The position numbers and the translations under genes were made by a program. Under the pieces are notes generated by a model, which saw only the letters and a program-made list of their open reading frames with translations, searched no databases and had not been told where the DNA came from. This document shows positions 28,501 to 42,275 of a stretch of DNA of 64,000 bases, in pieces. The stretch's first letter is position 1. The number at the start of each line of letters is the position of its first letter. The DNA lies in NCBI GenBank assembly GCA_012295275.1, contig CM022672.1, forward strand, positions 310,001 to 374,000. Reading direction: 5' to 3'. This stretch comes from Chrysomallon squamiferum (Eukaryota; Animalia; Mollusca).

Positions 28501-31500
28501 TATTTATACTGTGTCTGTAATGACTGGCACTGTGTGTTGTACTTACACTGTGTCTGTAGTGACTGGTACTGTGTTTTGTACTTACACTGTGTCTGTAGTG
28601 ACTGGCACTGTGTGTTGTACTTACACTGTGTCTGTAGTGACTGGTACTGTGACTCCAGTGAGTTGTACTGTTCTCTCAGTTCTATTAGTTGTTTCTGGAG
28701 TTGTTCTCTGTCCTCTGACAGTTCACAATTTTCTTTCTCCAGTGAGATCAGTTGACTGTTGTCTTTCAGTTCAGCCAGTTCTTCTTCGAGTTGTTTTACC
28801 TGTGGTAACAACATTAAGTTACATGCCTAACATGAAACCAAGTACTACCACTCTGTACTAGACTCAAGGATAAAAACATTTTCTTAAAATTCACTTTTTT
28901 CAAACACAGAAAGGAAACTTCCCAGTCAAGAAAAACTAGTCTTCTAGATATACTTTTTGTTTTTTCTTTGTCTGCAGTGTCATATCAAATGTACTGCTTA
29001 AGTCTGCTAAATATGTTAACCAACAAATATATGTTTCTATTCATTGACTGTCAATATGCTGTTAACCTACAGCTATATGTTTCTATTAAGAGACTATAAA
29101 TCTACAGCTAATCTACAGTATGTTAACCTTCAGGTAAGTGTTTGTATTAAAAGATTGCTAATCTGTGTCAATCTACAATGTGTCTACCTGTTTCTGGTAG
29201 TCAATTTTTACTGTTTCCAGGCTGGCTGTCAGATCTTCAACTTCTGCTAAAGCTTTCATCAATCTGGTGTCTGAGGAAACAGACTGCAGCAACACAGAAC
29301 TCTGCCTCTTTATGGCTGTGTTTTCTTTGAAGAGCTGAACAGAATAGAAATATTTATTCACATAACGTATTACAAACTCAGGCAAAGTTTCGTTCTGAAA
29401 ATAAACACATAACACAGGAAATGTCTGGTTAACTTTAAGATGAGAAGTATGCTGTGACCAAAACAATGTGAAACATCAATTTTTGGTTATTCAGTAAATA
29501 CAAATATACAGTCTCACTATTTATGTACTGAATATAGCTTTGACAACACTGCTGATGACAAAAATGATCTTACAAGCTGAAGTAGATATAAAAAAGGTGA
29601 CATTGTTCGAAGCTGATTGTAAGTTATACAGCTGGTCTCTCAGCAGATGTGTCTCACCTTGGAGGCAAAGTTTTCTGCTTTGTTTCTGCACTCAGCCTCC
29701 AGTTCATATTCACTCTTCAGTGCTTCATACTCTTTGAATGCTGCCTCAGACACTGAAATAAAACTTTATTTAACACCATCTCACTCTGATATCACAACTT
29801 TATTAACATCATCTCACACTGATATTAAAACTTTATTATATCAGAACTTATTTACAACTGGAGCCAGTAAATGATTAAATAATAATAATTATTATTATTA
29901 TTATTAGTTTTGGTTTTAGTTTTTAAGCAGAACTGGTTTTAAATTTAATTTTTTATTGTTATATTTCAATATCTAAATATTCTTAAATGAATTTCATATT
30001 TGTTTTCTCAAAATTTTTCAAACAAAACAGTTACATATAAAAATAAATTAGTGCAACAAATTATTGGAGCATCAGGTTGAAGTGACAGGATATTAAATAA
30101 AAGAACCTTTAGACAGTTGCTGTATTGCCTGTTTGTGCTGGTGAAGGGAATGCTGTATTTGCTGCAACTCACTCCTGGCAATCTTCTCCTGTAAAACAAA
30201 GTGAACTCAATGAAAAATACAATATAAAGCGGTATAAAACACAATGTAAAGCAGTAAAAACACAATGTAAAGCAGTAAAAAACACAATGTGAAGCAGTAA
30301 AAACATAATGTGAAGCAGTAAAAACAATGTGAAGCAGTATAAAACATGTAAACCAGTAAAAACACAATGTAAAGCAGTACAAAACAGTATTAAAAGCAAA
30401 GTTAAACAGAGTAAAATACAAAACAAAAACAATATTAACAGAGAGGGGGAAAGGATTAAGAATATTACAAATAGTAGTAGTAGTAACAATAATAAAAATA
30501 AGTATAATTTTTTAATTGTCATTAAACATGTTCAGATCAAAAACGATAAAACAGAAAATCTTTCTCTATAAATATCACTGGAAGAAAATGTGAACTGAAC
30601 TTAAAGATAATACAAAACTAATTGTCAAAGATATAAAAAAAAAACTTATAATGAATATTAATTAACATTATTCTCTCATGTGATGCCACTGGTGTTATCA
30701 TTTAAAAAATAAAATTAAAAAAAAATAAAACTTTAATGATAATATGTGACTTTTTAAAATCATCAAAAAAAAAAAAAATTCTATTCACCTTTTTAATGGC
30801 TTGTTTACAGTTGTGTTGTTCTATCAGTAAATCTTCCTGAGCTTTTTTCAGCTGTGAGTTCAGAGTTGCCTTCTCCTCATTTAGTCCTGTAGTAACATTA
30901 CACAGCTCAGTTACAACAGTTACATTTCCAGTTGAAATCAATGAGTTAACACTGATTTGACTTTTTTTTTTAAAATCATAACACATTTTCATTCAAAAAT
31001 ATATTTTAGTCTGTTGGGTATTTGTGTACAGCTGTTTAGCAAGAAAACATACTGTTGACCCTTGATTTCATAGATTACTGTGAATGTAAACATTAACCTA
31101 AAATTTACCAAAACATTTTATTATCTATAACATCTACAACATTAGATTAATATAATATCAGAACAATACACAGACATAATACCAACAGATCAACAGAGAC
31201 AATTATCATACAGTACACGTAAGGACAATGTGTAGTAGGAAAATGAAAATGTAAGCTAAGTTGGGTGAAGTTTCTTAGGTTAGGATTGTTATGGGTGCTT
31301 TTGTAAAACTTACTTTTACCTTGATGGATTGTGTAGAACAGCCTAACAGTACCTAGAGGTAAGGTTTCAAGTGGGAAATGATTGTAATTTCAGATTTTAT
31401 GATTTTTCCAGATTTTGTCTGGATTTCCAGAAAATTGAGCTCTGTGAAATCGAGTAAAGCCACATTTCAAAGAGGCTCAGTAATAACTGTAATGTGAATA

Positions 31501-34500
31501 CATAAGAGGAGGTTTTGAGTAGACTCAGTCTGATTAGTAAGTTTACAGTTATGTAGTGAGAAGGCATCAATAAAATGGTCACGGTGACTCAGTCTGATGG
31601 GTGTTTGTTCCCTTGTTTAGGAAGCATGCTTCTTATGGTAGCTAAGTTTTGCTCATTCATTTTGTGTAAGAAAGTATTTGGTGAGTTAGTCTGACAATCA
31701 GTTTACTCTCTAGAATTAATTACACTTCATTCCAGAGGGTGAGTCTTTGTTTTAATGCATTTTCTTACTGTAGATTTAAGATCATTTTTTTCTTTTCAGT
31801 TTAGAAGTTGATCAGACTGAGCAACAATAAAGACATATGGACGATATACACATTTTTAATTTGAAATTAAGAATAACAACGACGTTTAAGTATTCTGAAA
31901 ATATTAATTTTTACAGAATGTAATCATTGATTCTGTGAAAAATTATACTGTTTGAGCAGTTAAAAAACTGTTATTTAATAATTCCCATGCAGATATCTTT
32001 TACCTCCATTTCTAGTAAGACCTGTATTTAGCACTGGGCTGTCATGTTCTGAAGCAATGTGTTTTTTTGTAAATAACTTACTAGTGATTTCATCAGTCTT
32101 TTCTTTCAAATATTTCTCATTCACACTGTCCACAACATCGGAGGTGATAGCAGCATCTGGGATGTCAATAATCTTTGATGATTGGCTTAAAACCATCTGA
32201 CTTTTCCTTTGTAATATCTTGTACTCTTTTGTAATCTGGAAAAATAATTACAATTTGTGGAAATCTTATTTAGATAGGTATTTATTAAACAAAATAAATT
32301 ATATTAAGGTGTAAATAAAAATGAAGCATCCACACACACAGTTCTCTGTTAAGAAAAAACAAATTATCAATAACAACAATCCAGTAAAATAGGTGTTGTT
32401 TTTTTTTTTTTTTTTTTAGTTTATCTTTCTTTTAAACTTTAAGAGAGAAAATATTTTCACACAAAAAAACACATCAGTTTTAGCCCTATTGGCAAAATGA
32501 AAAACTTAACAATGATGAAACTGTTTTTTCAAACCTTGCACCAAATTAGTAATTATTAGAAATACACGTACATTACTCTATCTAAGTTTGTAAATGATAA
32601 ATGTTATTTTATAAATAATTTTATATTTCAGAATGAAAAATCCTGATTCATTCAATTAATATTGTGAACAATTATTTACAAAATTCATCTAAATACTGTA
32701 TAAAAACAAAGCTGATTACATTATTATGGAAATATTAATAATTCAAAAATTTATATCTTGAATGAATGTATGAACAAACACACACACACACACACCACAC
32801 ACACATTATAAAAGAATTCTAATTAGTTGTTTCTAAAAAATTAATATAAAAACAAATTTGTTGGTCTGTCATGAAAACATAAAAGAGTTAATTTCATAGG
32901 CTGCTTTGAAAATGTAAAAAGTAAAGATTAATCTTACACTAGAAGCATACGACTCTGCCTCCTGTTGACACTGCACCGCCTCCTCATACTTCTCCTTGAT
33001 ACACTCATACTCTACACAGGCTGGTTCCAGTACTACACAAATAAAAACAAATACACAGATAATGTGTGGAAATGGCTGGAAAAGATAACAGATGAGTTGA
33101 TTCAGCAAATCAAACAGTATAGACAGTGTAACAGATGAGTTGATTCAGCAAATAAAACAGTATAGTCAGTGTAACAGATGAGTTGATTCAGCAATTCAAC
33201 TAGTATAGACAGTGTAACAGATGAGTTGATTCAGCAAATCAACCAGTATAGTCAGTGTAACAGATGAGTTGATTCAGAAAATCAACCAGTAGACAGTAAC
33301 AGATGAGTTGATTCAGCAAATAAAACTGTACAGACAGTAACAGATGAGTTGATTCAGCAAATAAAACTGTACAGACAGTAACAGATGAGTTGATTCAGCA
33401 AATCAAACATTTTAAACAGTGTAACAGATAATTTGATTCATGATTCAGCAAATCAAACAGTACACAAAGTGTAACATGATTTGATTCAGTTAGGTGCTCC
33501 AGTAATGACTGATATTTTAATCAGAATTCATCATAAGTGGTGAGTTATAAAAGACAAAAGATTTTACAGAAGTGGACAATCAAAACTTTAAAAACAATTT
33601 TTGTTTACAGTATTACAACTGATTAAAATGACACAAAACTGATTTAAAGAAATAAAAAACTGATTTAAAACAACCATATACATTTTCCTGTTGAAAGATG
33701 TTCCTTGTTTAATATTTCCAAAAGTGACAGATTTGTAACTTCAAACTTTTCCTGTCACTGTTAGTTATGAAATATTTAAACATAAATCATTAAAACACTA
33801 CGTATGTTCACTTTTCACTTTTTACATACAAAATATGTTATATCAATACTGTGACATTTTTATTGATAAAATGTATTTCACAGAAATATCAATAAGTAGT
33901 AAAACAGAATTTAACTGATATATTTTTGATTTCATTCAATGTGTCAACATTTCCTAGCTACATATTATATTTGTGTTGTTAGAAAATTCATCTAACAGGA
34001 GACAGGATCATTGCTCCTCAATGCCATTTACTCCTCCAGCCACTACTGGTTTATCTGTGGTACGTGCTGCATGTTTGATGAGTACCCTATGAAGTAGGTT
34101 TTCTTTCTGATACCATTACACGAGTCACCCTTCATAATAAATGAGTGATCTATGATATTTTATCATCACTCAAGAAATAATTCATAATAACAATTAATTT
34201 TAAAATTATTTCTGTTAAAATTATTTAATATATGTGTATTGCTATCAGACAAATTTATTTATGTTGATCATGAAAATAAATCATTTAAATATATATTAAT
34301 AGACATTACACTCAAGTCTGGCAGACAAGCAAAAACATCTTACATTTCTGTACTTCTTTTAATTCTTTCTCTCGTTCTTCAAGTTTCTTCACCAGCAGGT
34401 CATACTGAAAACAGTTTAATCAACTTTAACAGTGTGATTACAAGATTACTAAAACTGCTAAAATTAGCATGTATGTATTACAATACTACTTATATCAGGA

Positions 34501-37094
34501 GACATTTATAAATGATGACGAAACTGCCTGTTAATGGTGACAGTAATGGAACAAAAATGAAATTGTTTACCTGTTCTTCATTTTTCTTATATTTCTCCAA
34601 CAGCTCTTCATGTTTCTCTACAACTGAAACAGAAAACAAGAACATAAAAAAAATTACATTTTTTATTTTTTAAATACTCACCTGGTGTCACTGATTTATC
34701 AAATTTGCCAGTATAAAAAATGTTAACTATCTACAATGAAAACATATGTAAGATTTATTTAAAATGAAAATATCCAGTAAAACTTTAACAAATACAAATT
34801 AAACAAAGTTATTGTTCAAGGGATATTTTAAGCAACAGCAAAACAGATTCATCAGTTTTTCATTAAAGTGAGTTGAATAAAGATACATGTAAACATTCTT
34901 TACAAGCTTATGTAAATTATATTGTATCAGTATGATCAATATTATTTTAGTGAGCAATAAATTAAAACAGGAACAACATGATGAGATTTAAAAAAATAAG
35001 AAAATAAATGATTTGTGCTGCTGCATTCTACATGATTTTCATTTCAAAAGGAAGTATGTTATTTCCAACCAAATCTTATTATTTGATGACTCAAAGTCAC
35101 AATTTAAGAATGAAAAGGTTGGATATTTTGGTGGGGTTCTGGTTTATTTGTTTTTATAAAATACATTCTGTTTACTCAGGTATTCCAATTGCTCTGTTTA
35201 GTTTTTGTAAGTTTTTTTTTTTTTTTTTAAATATTCTGTTACCTATTTATTCAGTAGATTAACTGTTTTGTTTTAAACATAATGACTGTAACATAGAAAC
35301 TGAAAATGGTTAAAACAATGTATAGAGGCAATCAGCAACTGCTACAGTTAATATTCATATACTCCAATACTAGTTCAGTGTCAACAAAATGTTGGAATGA
35401 GTCCAATAAACTTTGATTTAAATAAATCACTAAATAAATATTCTTGATTTTATATAATTTATGACAGATTTAGCTGTTCTATTTGATATCCTTCCCAAAT
35501 TTGGTAAACTTAAAAAATAAAATGAAAAACAAATCACAGGCAGACTGATCCTGAGTGATACGACTGTGTGTGTTTCATGTCAAACGTAACCAGTTCATTT
35601 TAGCTCTGTATAGGTACGTAACTATTACGATTGTTCACATTTTTACGTTATTTCAATGTAAATATATTTCTGAATATCTTATGAAAGAACAGCTATTGCT
35701 ATGCCTGTCTACCTTATTAAATGAAGTCATTATTATCTTTGATATTGTTAAGTAGCAGAAGGAGGGTACATTTTGTGTGTGAATAAATGAAACGATACAA
35801 GTGATAACAACTGACAAACATCTACATCACACAGTTCTTACACAGGCATTATTTAACACAAAGATATAACGGGTATGTAAATATCAAAGGTGAAAACTGA
35901 AAATTTGAACAATTTCATCCTACTTTCTTCTGTTATTAACATTTACAAAGGCAATTAACAATTAGATCCAATTTACCTAATCTTATAATTGTTGTATCTA
36001 TTTTTAGCACTTAATCTTGTGTTTTTATAAGGAGTAAATGTCAGCAGTAATGTATTTCAGTTGAACTTCTTTGATTCTTATACTTAATAATTAGCAGAGT
36101 AGCTGCTAGTAATTAAATCGTAACTTGAAATGTGTATGTGTAGTTTTTCATTTTGTGTGTTCCTGTGTGTGTGTGTATTTTTGTCTGTGTGAGCAGAGAT
36201 GTGTGTACATATATGCATGTATCTTCTCAGTAAGATAAAATACAAATTCAACTTGCTGCTACCATTTTGAAAGAATTACAAACATAAATTATATTAACAT
36301 TTCTTTGTTTATTTTCTCTCTGTATACATTTCATGTCATCTCTCAGTCATCATCTAATAACTGGTCCAACAAAGGTCAGAGAGAGGTTCATGAATCTGGA
36401 TCAGTCAGTTTGAATCAGGTTATGGTATTCACAAATCATTCATTCATGTTTTATGATAAAATAATTACTATTTTTCTATTTCTTGTAACTGATTATGAAT
36501 ATAATGTTGAAAAGAAGTAACTCTAATGTATTTAATAATTGACACATCTTTGTTCAGTATCCCTTTTGACTGATACATTTAAAAATATATTTCACTTTAC
36601 TCACCAATGTCAAATATTAAACAATGTTATTTTTTATGATTTATTTCTTCTTATTATTATTAATTTAACTTATTTTATTATATATATATATATTTTTTTT
36701 TTTTTTTGATAAATATTGTTATTTTTGTATACTGTAATATGCATCTTGACGAGGGATAGATAAAGGCTTTCTGTAGGGGGGGGATAATCCAGTAAAATCA
36801 CCAGTCAGGTGATTTAATTTGTGATGACCCTGCTTCCTAACAGAATGAATTACAGTCACATTCAACTAGTGTCTAACCTCCAACACTGTGACAAATAGTA
36901 TTATTTCTGTTAATATGTGAGTCCATCCAATTTTTTTTTTGTTTTTGTTTCTTTCTTTCCCTTGCCCCTCTTTTTGTAGTTATGACCTCACAGATATACT
37001 CAAATTTTACATAAATTCTTGTTCTTGTCCTCATTGTCAAAAATCCATGAATCCTCATTTAAGTAAGATTAAATAATAATAACAACATTATTTA

Positions 37095-37125
<31 letters not shown>

Positions 37126-37450
37126 TTAATTTTTTATAAATCAATACTTGTAATTCTTTTTATCTTTTATTTTACAAAATCACAACAGACGTACAGTTAG
37201 GGTTATACAGTGTTCTGCAGTCAGTTGTTACATTTTATTCTGCACTGTAGCGTGACTGTCAACTGAACCGTGCAGTTATAACCTTATATAAATTATAACC
37301 ATAAATTACATTTATTCAACTAGATCTCGTTACCAAGTTTAAAAAACAATAATTAGGCTGCCACTAACCTTTGTAACAGTGACCAGACAACGTTTTAAGA
37401 GTTTTCTCCAAAAGCAAACACTTGTCTTTCCAGTTTACTTCGTCTGACAT
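25557..37450 (-). CDS. SHTN1: Shootin-1 (KIAA1598; coiled-coil, polyproline, actin clutch protein), ~536 aa, 16 coding exons
   Basis: Exons (minus strand) 37450-37369 (ATG), 34623-34571, 34404-34344, 33032-32938, 32235-32082, 30886-30789, 30188-30107, 29752-29658, 29334-29188, 28799-28625, 27312-27213, 27105-27050, 26806-26691, 26447-26394, 26037-25884, 25645-25557 (TGA); all GT-AG and phase-consistent. Motifs VSEAAFKEYEALKSEYELEAECRNKAENFASK, IKRQSSVLLQSVSSDTRLMKAL, a poly-P tract, ALEEMMKRIKEG..LRP and AMEELHTIL parallel vertebrate Shootin-1 as I recall it. Confidence 0.93.
27820..28651. repeat. 39-bp minisatellite (~21 copies) beginning inside SHTN1 exon 10 and repeating its donor site
   Basis: Unit on + strand GTAGTGACTGGCACTGTGTGTTGTACTTACACTGTGTCT; on the coding strand it reads QCQSLQTQCKYNT. 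A few units are shortened. It explains the stack of spurious ORFs at 27760-28861. Confidence 0.97.
29745..29845. repeat. Three ~33-bp copies spanning the SHTN1 exon 8 acceptor
   Basis: CTCAGACACTGAAATAAAACTTTATTTAACACCAT / CTCACTCTGATATCACAACTTTATTAACATCAT / CTCACACTGATATTAAAACTTTATTAT; each copy retains CTG (a minus-strand CAG acceptor). Confidence 0.75.
30190..30425. repeat. ~21-bp tandem repeat (AAAACACAATGTAAAGCAGTA) abutting the SHTN1 exon 7 acceptor
   Basis: About 10 visible copies; explains the spurious ORFs at 30008-30571. Confidence 0.85.
33085..33490. repeat. 41-43-bp minisatellite (GTAACAGATGAGTTGATTCAGCAAATCAAACAGTATAGACAGT), ~9-10 copies, near the SHTN1 exon 4 acceptor
   Basis: Directly visible tandem array ending about 50 nt from the acceptor at 33033-33034. 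Confidence 0.92.
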
Positions 37451-37479
37451 CTTTCCTACCTTGCACAGGTCTGCTGTCT

Positions 37480-37640
37480 GACACAACAGTGCGGTGAATA
37501 GGAGGAAACAATGGAAATGAACGTGTCATTATTTTACTTCCTGCTTGTTGACCAATCAGCGCCACGTAGATATTTCGAGCTTATCTCCCTTACATTGTAA
37601 ACTTGCGATAGGAAGTTTATTAATAACCGCTGAATAAACC
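37480..37640 (-). promoter_or_regulatory. Putative SHTN1 promoter
   Basis: Immediately upstream of the ATG (37450), with CpGs retained. It clusters an ETS-like ACTTCCTG (37536-37543), a CCAAT box (37552-37556) and GCCACGT (37561-37567). Confidence 0.55.
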
Positions 37641-37954
37641 AAGTAATGGTAACGGAATAAGAAACAGGTCATTTTTTATAATTATAATTCATTTAAAAAT
37701 ATGGTCTCTTGTGAGAAATGTCGGCACGCAAAAACATTACACATTTTTTTGTTCTTTTGTAGACTTATGCCAAACCTCGTCTGTTTAATCATATATGCTG
37801 GTATTAGGGAAATACTGACCCTGTTAAACAATGAAAATGTAAATAACAGTGGCTATTTTGATAGACGTCGGTCTATGTAGTGAAAAGTAACAACTTAGAT
37901 TTGAATTTCAGAATCTGATGAAACTATTCCAAAGGCTCCGCATTGTCGTCCTGG

Positions 37955-38033
<79 letters not shown>

Positions 38034-38420
38034 CCTTTTCTCACTGCTTGAAATTGTTGCCAATACAATAAATATTACGCGGCTATGAATAAAATGTCTA
38101 AAATATACAGTTACGGGTGCCATTTTTTCAGTACCCCGTTACTACAAACAGATGTAAGAAAAATATAACTACAGCGACAAACAATGCCAAACAAAATTAC
38201 ATCATGGACGCACAAACATCTAACTAGTTAACGTCTATTTTCAGTGATTCTGTCTAAATCAATGAAATTTCAATTTATAAAAAGAAAAATACATTAAAAA
38301 AATGCATAACTGTGGTCCCGTTTTAGACAGGTGTCACTGTACAAGGATCTTGATTAGTAATATACTGATATAATATAAAAAATAAAACAAAAAATAAAAA
38401 AATAAACCTGTATAAAATAA

Positions 38421-38462
<42 letters not shown>

Positions 38463-38821
38463 TTAATTACATTGTAACAGTAAAAGTGCCAAATAATTGT
38501 TATTTTATGGACGTCGAAAAAAACCCTGCATTGCACGTAGTAAAATATATCGTCGATAATGGACAAAAATTAATGTACTTTTATAACTTAATCTGAATGA
38601 GGTCATATCTCTGCTGGTGAAATAGTTGAGTTCTCGTTTTGTTAAGACATTATTTCCAAAAGTTAAACACATTAGAACATATTGTAACACTGAATTTAAA
38701 CAATGTTTTCAATCGGTCATGACCTTTTTAAAAAAAGAGAGAAAAGCGCGCGCTTTTTGTGGTGGGGGCGCGATGTATGATATAGACGATGTTCTGTATT
38801 TTGTTATGCTCTTAGAATGGG

Positions 38822-38869
<48 letters not shown>

Positions 38870-38877
38870 CTGATTAA

Positions 38878-39210
38878 TTATGATAGTGGATTTTAACTGT
38901 ATAACCGTAGGTTTTAACTGTATGATAGTGGATTTTAACCGTATAACCGTAGATTTTAACTGTATGATAGTGGATTTTAAACCTTATAATCGTAGGTTTT
39001 AACTGTATGTTAGTGGATTTAAACTGAATAATCGAATATTTTAATTATACAACCACTATGATTTTGACTGTAAAACCGATTATTTCAACTGTTGTTGTTA
39101 GCTGTTTAACCGAGGTTTTTAACTGAATACTCGAGTATTTTAACTGAGTAATCGATGATTTTAACTATATAATCGTGGATGTTAATTATGTAACTAACCG
39201 TGGATTTCAA
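38878..39210. repeat. ~21-bp tandem repeat (GGATTTTAACTGTATAACCGT), with a 42-bp higher-order pattern at its left end
   Basis: Visible array directly after a (GT)n microsatellite; it decays rightwards. Confidence 0.85.
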
Positions 39211-39744
39211 ACAAAACATTTCTTCCTTACGGAAAGTTAAATAAAATACCTATTGCTGCGGAAGTTGTCAAATTTGATCAAAGGCAAGTAAAACAAAACT
39301 GAACCAGAGCAAAGTAAAGTTGACAGCAGGCAGCTGGCAGTTCAGGAGGTTAGAGTACATATAACAACACCTTTTGATACATAAATAGTCGTGTATTATC
39401 TCGTGTTTACACAAATCAGTAGTGTATCATCACATTTTTATTCAAGTATCATTTGCGTGACATAAATTCACAGCCATGTCAAAATATCAGCCATTAAACT
39501 AATGGAGTCCATTGTAAAAAAAAAAAAATAATAATAATAATAATAAATAAAAGTAAAAAATAAAAGATTCTATATGTGTACATGTACTTAGGTATGTATT
39601 CGTATATGTATGTATATAATTACGCATGTGGGAGTTTTTATGTGCATATATGCATGTGTGTGTGTATGTATGGGTTACATATATATATATAATTGTGTAT
39701 GTGTTTGTGGGTACGTGTATACACGTGTGTATATATAGTTGAAT

Positions 39745-40072
39745 GTATGTGTGCGTGTGTGTGTATGTGTGGCAGTGTTTGTACGAGTGTGTGTGGGTGT
39801 ATGTGTGGCAGTGTTTGTACGAGTGTGTGTGGGGGTGAATGTATGGCAGTGTTTGTACGAATGTGTGTGTGGGGGGGTGTATGGGTGGCAGTGTTTGTAC
39901 GAATGTCCGTGTGTGTGTGTACGTAGATTGAATGTGTGTGTGTGTGGGGGTGTATGGGTGGCAGTGTTTGTACGAATGTGTGTGAGTGTGTGTGTGTGTG
40001 TGTGTGTGTTTGGGTGGCAGTGTTTGTACGAATGTGTGTGTGTGTGTGTGTGTGTGTCAGTGTTTGTACGAA
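39745..40072. repeat. Compound repeat: conserved core GGCAGTGTTTGTACGA separated by variable (GT)n/G-rich linkers, 7 copies
   Basis: Cores at about 39771, 39807, 39846, 39887, 39960, 40016 and 40058 (partial). Confidence 0.85.
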
Positions 40073-40344
40073 CTGTAGGTGCGCCTATGTGACACTTGTC
40101 GCTTATCGCTAAATTTGGTGTTGTAAGTTTTCGGACAAAGAACTCGGCTCCCAGTTTACAATTCAGCCGTATTAAACTTACTGAAAATCATATTCCTGGT
40201 GCTCTAACACATCGACGATTATTTTGTTTGCAAAATTTTCGCAAAAAACGGCGAATTAAACTCGATTTCAGGATCATAAACATAGCTACAAAACACAAGA
40301 GTTCAATATATTCTGTGAATCCAAGACATTTTGCTCGAATGCTG

Positions 40345-40381
<37 letters not shown>

Positions 40382-41529
40382 CACTTTTATTATTATTATT
40401 ATTATTATTATCAGTAACTGATTTTTAAAACTTGGTTTATGTTTGCTTGAAGTGTTGATTAGTTCCATCAGAGGCAATACGGATAAACTTTTACAAATGT
40501 CCTCAAATTGGTGAACGGAAAAAGAAAAAAAAGAGTCACATGAAAATAATTCATAGAAAAAAACCCACAAAATATTATTTATATTTTTATTTGCTTTTTT
40601 ATTTATTTTGATAACTATATTTAATAGTTTGGTGATAAGACACTTATGTCAGATAAGAAGACTTACAAGTCGAATATAAAGTAAAACACAGCCAAGTAAG
40701 ATTGCCAAACCCACAGACAGTTCAGCCTCACAACCAAGCTGCAGGTGAAGTTCGACTTCTAAGGTGTGTATCCTGCTGTCAAACAAGACTCGCAAAAAGT
40801 ACAACAATGACAGTATAATAACTGCAACCAAAACAAGATATACAAAACATTAAATATTCAAAGAGAAGTATATACATAAGAGAACAACAAAATAAAGAAT
40901 AAAAAAAAAAAAATAGTAAATAAATAAATAACAAAGAAATGATGAAAAATGAAGAAGGAAAGCAAACTAAAGTGATTTATGTTAAACAATATTTCCACAT
41001 ATAAAAATACTGCTCACGACTGTAATCCTTTAAAACAGTAGTGATCAATACGAGCGAAATAAAACAAAACTGATGAGAAGAAATAACGATAAAAGAAAAG
41101 AAAAAACACAAGAGCTTGCTCATGAGTTGCCCATAATAGTAATGCTAGAATGTAAACGCTTCTCATTTCATTGGTAAAGAAAATACGTCTAAACCAGTTA
41201 ATTCCGTCCTGGCACTTCACAGTTCGGCAAACCGTACTACACAAAACTGAAAAGAGACCAATAGTGGTTAGACGATGTGTATTTCTTGTTTGCAGTCAAA
41301 TCACAACAAGTGCAAAGCTAAGAAAACTATTCTGTTTCTAATATCCGACCCATTACACCTGTCCTCCAACTGCCTTTAGTCTCATGATTACAGAAATGTT
41401 TTTACTTTTAATTAGTAACAACACCTTTCTGGAGTGGGCTCCAAGCTTTAGCCGTGTTTGTCTATTGCAGAAGATAATGGTCAAAGATCAAATGCTTATA
41501 GTCCTTTTAAATGAATAAATCAATCAATC

Positions 41530-41571
<42 letters not shown>

Positions 41572-41730
41572 TACTTTAAATATGCATTTAAAGTTCAATC
41601 ACAGAGTATGTAAAATTAAAAATTAAAAAAAAAAAAAAAAAATAAAAGTAAGAAATAATGAAATTATAATTTAATTCAATGTGGGGAAAAATATAGAAGA
41701 TTCGCCACGCTTTAAACTCAAAAAAAAAAA

Positions 41731-41770
<40 letters not shown>

Positions 41771-42231
41771 GTAACCGGGCGCGTGCTTACTTAACATTAT
41801 TATTTTATATATATATAGAAACCATTGATTTCATTTGCTGCATCGTAACTGCACGCGTACGGCGTGACAGTTTGAGCTAGTCGAGCGCAAAAAATGGAAA
41901 CAATTCCTATCGGTATTTTGTCGCGCGCAACTGAAATTAATGTTTCTAAAAAAAACGCACGCCTCGCTCGCATCACCCGAGTCCGGTTGGGATACACCAT
42001 TAAACAGACGCAATTTGTACAAGCGTGTTATGTACGTGTATTACACATAGCCCTAACTGCTAATGTGTGTCTGTGTGTCAAAAGGTAGTTCAGTCAATGA
42101 AAAGATACCACTACTACGGCAGCTACTACTACTACAAAAATAATAATAACAACAACAACAATTCCGTAAAAAAAAGGTTGGGAATATAGTTATTGATAAG
42201 ACTTCAAAATCACTACCGGATACACACACAC

Positions 42232-42275
<44 letters not shown>

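Noticed and set aside
27760-28861. Cys/His-rich repetitive ORFs suggesting a metal-binding protein
   Set aside because: These are translations of the 39-bp minisatellite in several frames; only the SHTN1 frame from 28799 is supported.
31200-31760. Strand-biased, GC-richer tract in SHTN1 intron 5 resembling a retroelement remnant
   Set aside because: No recognisable RT or endonuclease motif, and no termini.
37197-37288. Short imperfect hairpin in SHTN1 intron 1 as a miRNA or MITE
   Set aside because: The pairing is patchy and there is no supporting family resemblance.
38306-38342. Tc1/mariner-like terminus (minus strand TACAGTGACACCTGTCTAAAACGGGACC)
   Set aside because: No partner inverted repeat was found, so no element can be delimited.
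39745-40072. CRISPR-like pattern of a constant 16-bp core with variable spacers
   Set aside because: The spacers are just (GT)n/G-run variants, the context is eukaryotic and there are no cas genes; it is a compound microsatellite.
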